Source: the human T2T-CHM13v2.0 reference genome, Homo sapiens. Taken from it: a stretch of 64,000 bases of DNA. This document shows, piece by piece, positions 57,692 through 64,000 of the stretch. The notes beneath the pieces were generated by a model. That model was not told where the DNA came from. It searched no databases and was given only the letters and a program-made list of their open reading frames with translations. Made by a program: the position numbers and the translations under genes. Numbering within the stretch: the first letter of the stretch is position 1; every line of letters begins with the position of its first letter. The stretch lies in NCBI RefSeq assembly GCF_009914755.1, contig NC_060928.1; one strand, written 5' to 3'.

Positions 57692-58288
57692 TGTGATGGT
57701 CAGTTTTATGAGTCAGCTTAGCTAGAATATAGAATCCAGTCATTCAATCAAATACTAATCTAGATGTTGCTGTGAAATTATTTTGTAAATGAGTAAAGTC
57801 TATAATCAGTTTACTTTAAGGGAAATTATCCTAGATAATCAGGGTAATCCTGATTCAATCAGTTTAATAGCCTTTAAGAGCAGAATTGAAAGCCAAGTAC
57901 ACTGGCTCACACCTATAATCCCAGCTACATGAGAGGCTGAGACGGGAGGATCACTTTAAGCCAGGAGTTCAAGACCAGCTTGGGCAATATAGTGAGACTC
58001 CTGTCTCTGAAAAATAAATAAATAAATAATAAATAAATATGAGCAGAATTGAAGCTTCCATGAAGAACAATAAATTCCAACTGTGGATGACAGCTTGAGC
58101 TTCTGCCCAAGAGTTCAGCTTGTCCTTCTTGAAGACCTGCCTCATGGATTTCAAACTTGCCTAGCAGCACCCCACAATCATGCAAACCAATTCCCAGCAA
58201 TTCTTTTTTATATATTCATATAACTTACATAAATAACTTATATAATTATATATATAATTTGTTCTGTTTCTCTTATGAAACTAATACA
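57692..58288 (+). mobile_element. MLT2 (D-like) LTR containing a FLAM (57891-58040, TSD gagcagaattgaa)
   Basis: tgtgatggtcagttttatg...ttgttctgtttctc...aactaataca; 13-bp TSD around the monomer. Confidence 0.85.
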
Positions 58289-60604
58289 GATTAAAATTTA
58301 TATGCTAGAGATACAGAATAAATTATCTTGTAGTTCCATATAATTCTATTATTCTCTACTTTAATTTCAAATAAAATAATTTTTATTCTTGATTTCACCA
58401 GCAATCATTGAAAGATTTCTGGATAATCAATACCAAATAAAAAAGGATGCACTACCATTTACCATCTTCACTCTGCTTCTAAACACAGCTGAGATTTCAA
58501 GCTCACAAGAAAAGATAAAATTTGTTAACATAGTATTTTCAGGCTTTACTGGCTTTTTTTCTCCTAAAGATATTTTTCTCCTATTAGAAAAAAAATTCTG
58601 AAACTCTAATAAAATGTTTGCCATTCCTGAGATTAAAAACTTCATCCTGCTGAGTTAGCAAGAAAATATTATCATCTTTGATTAGTTTCGAATGATCTAT
58701 AGAAAACAGTGAAAGCTAGACTTCTGAGCTAACATAACATGTGAAAACATAATGTTACTAAAACAGACCACATGTAACAAGAGTATGTGACTCCAAGTAA
58801 GAAGTCAATTGTTACTGACTTAACAATAACATGCAGGGTGGGAGGGGGCATGACTAACAATAGCAAGATATCTGCATAGCAAGAACAGAATAAAAGAGGA
58901 AAAGTAGAATCAAAATCAAAATTCTTTGAGGAGACACAAATCAAAGTCATGTGGTATTACACCATTGAAAAATATGTGTTCATATTGAGAAATACTTTCA
59001 CTAAGGAGACTGTTCATCAGAAACTTCAAATTTTTCAAAGTAGATGCAACTGAAATGACTAGAATGTTTTGGAACAAACAGACTTTTACATAAGCAATTA
59101 CTCTAACGGTAAATTATTCCTTATACACACAACTTTTCAGAATGCTAAACATTGCCAATAAAAACAAGATAATCAAATTCCCTAGCCTAATGACAATCCA
59201 TATTTTCATTTCAGACAACTAGACTTAGAATATATAAACTTTACACATATTCATGACCTATGTTACCCTAGCAGAGAGGGCTGCTGAAATACAGGAGTAG
59301 CAGGGCAGGTCAGGGAAGCAGAGTAAACAGCAATATAGTGGACAGGGCTAACGGGACTAACCATGCTGTTGAACTGGCCTCAGAGAACAACAATCAGTAG
59401 AACGATTACAGTTTCTAAGCGGATCAGTTCCCACCCGACTTTGATAATCAAAAAGAAGGTTCACAGGGAAAATAAGGAAGAATACTCCCCAAAGAGAATC
59501 ATGCTATAACGCAGTTCCTAATTCGGTGTTTATAGAGGCCCGTTTAGGTAGAGGAAGGAAAAGAAGGAGCTTTAGAACTATTTTGTCAATTGAGAAAAGG
59601 AGGCCTAGGAACAGAGGAAAAAACCCCAAATACATAAAGTGAAGCTCCAAAGAGGCTTCCAGATACAGTGGGAATAAACAAAGGGCTCTTGGTGGAAAGA
59701 GTGTGGAAAGACAGGCCTCTGCCAAATTTACAGATGTTCACCACCCATGGTTAATACTCAGCATCTACTGTACTGTCAACCAAAGAATGGTTTTGGAAAT
59801 AGGATAAACTTACAACTGGAAATTCTTTAGAATCTGTAGCTGGATTAAGGGTAAGGGCTGTTGAAGTATACAGGGATTGAAAATATCTATTAATTGCTTG
59901 GTGATGTAAAAAGCTCCAAATGATCCCCGTAATTTTTCAACATCTAATTAATGTCACTAAAGCCAGGTAACAAATAAAAATCTTTGGCAAAAAATTATTT
60001 TTTGAACAAAAATTAACTCACTGAAAGTTATTTTCTGGGCTTTCAGCAAATGGCTGGAGCTATCTATAGTCTACTATTAGATATAGTTACCACTAGTCTT
60101 CACAGTTCTCTTTAAGCAAATTAGAAAAAGCACCCCTCCCCCTAGAATAAATTAGAGAATCAGATTTCAGCTCCCACTTACTCCATTATCCAGAAGCTTT
60201 TATGCAGTGAGGCAAAACCCTACACAGTGGCCCTGACTGTGGGTCTCCTAATTGGTAAATATATGACATGGTGCAACACTAGGTACAGGTCAAATCAATT
60301 TTGAAAAGTCTAGTACCTGACATTAGAACTTCTCAAGTTAGCCTTTAAGTAAAGAAGATAATCTCTCCATACCCCTTGATACTCTACACCAGTGCTTTTA
60401 AGCCCTTTTTTCTTTTTTTTCCATTAGGAATCCTTTTTGAAAATCTGCGAAAAACTATGCATTTTCATTATTCAGCAAACACATGTGTACATATGTATAT
60501 ACACATACACAATTTTATATGTAATTTGAAGGGGTTCACAGACCTCCCAAAGCCTACTGAAGCTGCAATTTTAAACTTAAAATTTCATTTCCTTAGATGT
60601 TTAC

Positions 60605-61323
60605 TATAGACTAAAAATAATCTTCAAAGCCCTTCAACTGACTGAAGAGACCATCTCTTGGCCAAGGGGACCCCAGAGTAACCTTGAAAACTGAGTTCTC
60701 AGCCATGATAGGACTTAGGGTCAGACAACCTCATTATACCCCACCCCCTTAACCATGATTAGGCTTTCTTCCCTAGGGACTTAACAAAAACCAGCCCTTT
60801 CAAAAGATTCCACAACTGATATCAACCAACTACCTGACACTACCCCTTCTTTTTTGCCTGATAAGAGACCATTTGCCTGATAACCAACCATGAAGTGGTT
60901 CTGGCCAGTCTACCAAGAATAAGCAGTAAGGGTTTTCGTGTCCTCTGCTCCACCTTTGACATCAGAGGGCCAAAAACTCCACCCTCGGATCATGACCCTC
61001 AGATGATGCTAGCATTGCCATTTTTTATATGTGGGACCCATGAAGGGGCTTGAAGGGGAATGAAGTTTAATGCACATACACACGGTTCTCCTTTCATAAA
61101 TATTCATAACTCCTCCCACAGCTTACTGAATATGTATATTTGGCCACTCTGCTCAGTATAAATTTCTGTTCCCTTTGCCCCTCCCTCAAAGTATCTGTTT
61201 CAAGCTTCTCACAAAAGGCTATGCTTCCCAGCCTGTCACAGTGGTCACCCTGCAGGCTATAACCCTTATGATAAATAAAGCTCTCCTTTCTAAGTTTATG
61301 AACCTCTTCATTCTTCAGTGTAC
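60605..61323 (+). mobile_element. MER4-group ERV1 solo LTR
   Basis: ctcttggccaaggggaccccagag..accttgaaaactgagtt...aaataaagctctcctttctaa. Confidence 0.75.
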
Positions 61324-61724
61324 CTCCCTCACACAAAAAAAGGTGGGGGACAAAAAGCTACAGAGACTTCCCAGTTCAGAGATTAACACCAAAAAGAACA
61401 ATAAAGCAAACCCATAACAACAGACATAAGATCAGATCAGAGATCTCAGATCCTCATACCAAATAAATTTCTATACCATAGTCTCCATAGTTCATCTAGA
61501 CAACAGATTGTACAAACATTATAAAGCTTTAAATTGATATTTTTTCCACGTTTAAGTATCTAGAAATTAATTTCTTAATAAGCTGCCTCATTATAAAAAT
61601 AATTTGAAGCAGTTAGATTTACTTCTTTGCCCTGGCCTATAAGAAGTATACAACCAAATTTATAGTCCAACTAAAAAAATATTAATATTACTAACCTCAA
61701 ATCTTATTCTGTTTCCTTTCTCCC

Positions 61725-62232
61725 TGAAGAAAATCAGAATATGCCATCTCAAAATATCCCACTTTGACATAAGGATTTTGAGTGAAGGCAATTAGCTCTC
61801 TTCTCTCTCCATTTCTGTCTAAGCAGAACATAAATCTCCCTCTGTAAAGATGAAAGGAATTTCCATTTGATAAATTCCATTTGGAAATTATCCTCTCCTA
61901 CACTAGGAAGAGGAAAATGACTCTTATCTACATAACAAACTTACTAAGTAATTCTTATTTACCATGCATTTCTGAGTCACTTTCTCAAATCCCAAACCCC
62001 TCTTCCTTTGTCTACCCTCTTCTCTATACTTTATTTCCCTTTGTGAAGATGGTATATAAGCCTCAATTCTAACTACCTCCATGAGTTGCATTTCTTTGTG
62101 AAATCTGTGCCTATAGATTAAATCTGGGTTTGTTTGTTTTTTTCTCCTGTTAACCAGCCTTTTATCAGTTTGATTCCTGGGACCTACCATTAAGCATCAG
62201 AGAGTAGAGAAAGTTTTTTTTCCTTTTTTACA
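61725..62232 (+). mobile_element. MER34-like ERV1 LTR
   Basis: tgaagaaaatcagaatatgcca...aaaatat..cactttgacataagga...gtagagaaagttttttttcc...taca. Confidence 0.75.
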
Positions 62233-62605
62233 TCTTCACCTTGATTATTTTTCTTTCATGTACTATATATAAAATACTGTATGAATGTCTGCATCTTGTC
62301 TCAAATTATTTTTGAAAAAAGTAAGCTTGTAATTAATCAAGAGACATAAATGTCTTTTTAAATTAAGAATAATTAATAATGATATTAAGACTTTGTTTCC
62401 TAGAAATATGTCAACAATAAAAGGCCAACATCTTTTGAAAATCCATTAATTTTTGAGACTACCAGCATCATCAAAATGAATGAATGTAAGCAAATAAAAC
62501 ATAACAGACAGAAGAGCCATTGCTCTGTGGTCTAAAGTCCTTTATCCCACCAAAACCTTTTATATATGAGTTTGATTAATATATATATATTTTTTATTAT
62601 TTCTT

Positions 62606-63456
62606 ATCTTTAGAGACAGGGTCTAGCTCTGTCACCCAGGCTGGAGTGCAGTGGCATGACTGTCAGAGGCGTGTGAACCAGAGCAACTCCATCTTGAATA
62701 GGGGCTGGGTAAAGTGAGGCTGAGACCTACTGGGCTGCATTCCTAAGAGGTTAAGGCATTCTTAGTCACAGGATGAGATAGGAGGTCAGCACAAGATACA
62801 GGTCATAAAGACCTTGCTGATAAAACAGGATGCAGTGAAGAAGCTAGCTAAAACCCATCAAAACCAAAATGGCCACTAGAATGACCTCTGGTTGTCCTCA
62901 CTGCTACACTCCTACCAGTTTACAAATTCCAAGGCAACGTCAGGAAGTGACCTTATACGGTCTGAAAAGGGGACGCATGAATAATCCACTCATTGTTTAG
63001 CATATAATCAAAAAATAACCATAAAAATGGACAACCAGCAGCCCTTGGGGCTACTCTGGCTATGGAGTAGCCTTTCTTTTATTCCTTCACTTTCCTAACA
63101 AACTTGTTTTCACTTTACTCTATGGACTTGCCCTGAATTCCTTGCCGCACAAGATCCAAGAACCTTCTCTTGGGGGTCTGGATTGGGACCCTTTCCTGTA
63201 ACATGATCATAACTCACTGCAGCCCCAAACTCCTTGTCACAAATGATCCTCCTGCCTCAGCCTCCTGAATAGCTAGGACTACAGGAACAAGACACCATGC
63301 CTGGCTAATTTTTTTTTTTTTTTTTTTTTTTTTTTTGGTAGAGACAGAATCTTATTACATTGCCCAAGCTGGTCTCAAACTCCTGGCCTCAAGCAATCTT
63401 CCTGCCTCAGCATGCCAAAGTGCTAGGATTATAGGCATGGGCCACCATGCTTGGCC
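62606..63456 (-). mobile_element. AluJ split by the MER41 LTR (62606-62660 plus 63204-63456)
   Basis: gagacagggtc...gtgcagtggcatga, then the LTR, then tgatcataactcactgcagcc...catgcttggcc. Confidence 0.9.
62661..63203 (+). mobile_element. MER41A-like solo LTR inserted into an AluJ
   Basis: tgtcagaggcgtgtgaaccagagcaactccatcttgaatagg...ctttcctgtaaca; 4-bp TSD tgac/tgat. Confidence 0.92.
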
Positions 63457-64000
63457 TTGATATTCTTCAACGCAAAATTAACATTCTCTTCTTTGTACTT
63501 CCATAGCATAGCATAGCACATTGTACATCACCTATTATAACAACTATTACTGTATTATTTAATATTATCATGGTTGTATTTTTCTCTACTGTTTCTGAAG
63601 CTGACTTGGGACCTGGGGTAATGAGTTACTCATTTTTGTATATTTGGCATCTAGCAGAAGGAGGGCCATAGTATCAGTCAAGGGTTACCAAGGTATTATA
63701 ACCCCAGTGTACATGTTTGTCAAAGCAGTGGACAAGAAAGACAGGTTCCTAAATAAATCTTCAACTCATCAGCACCTTTATTACTTTTGCTTCAAAGCTA
63801 GGTTTCTATCAGCTCTGACTTCCCAATTTGTTCCCTACAGAGAGAGACCCTTAAGGCCTCAACATGGCACCACCCATGCTCTTGCTTGAGGGATTAAGCC
63901 AAACATGACAGGCATTTACTAATATTTGCAGAATCAATCAATCAAAGTCAACCTTGAACAGTAAAAGAAGTCTCAATAAAATAATGTATACTTTAACATG

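Overview
Primate (very likely human) genomic DNA. The window lies inside the minus-strand gene TBCK (TBC1 domain-containing kinase). Nine consecutive coding exons can be read with canonical AG/GT boundaries and a continuous frame: 73, 115, 74, 142, 61, 62, 62, 149 and 139 nt, 877 nt in total, which I number 3-11 from recall of the reference transcript. They encode most of the N-terminal pseudokinase domain and the start of the following linker. The rest is AT-rich intron packed with interspersed repeats: Alu, L1, L2, MIR, MaLR/ERV solo LTRs, Tigger MITEs and a near full-length Charlie3-like hAT transposon. Almost all ORFs in the supplied track are repeat-derived or chance. I see no rRNA, tRNA or CRISPR array, and no evidence of a novel multi-gene system. 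The most unusual local structures are: (1) an Alu with an inverted 5' arm (twin-priming signature) that shares a triplicated target site with a second Alu; (2) a ~215-bp inverted duplication in the intron between exons 10 and 11; (3) an LTR inserted 16 nt from a weak splice donor; (4) several local tandem duplications. Repeat subfamily names come from recall of consensus sequences and were not computed.
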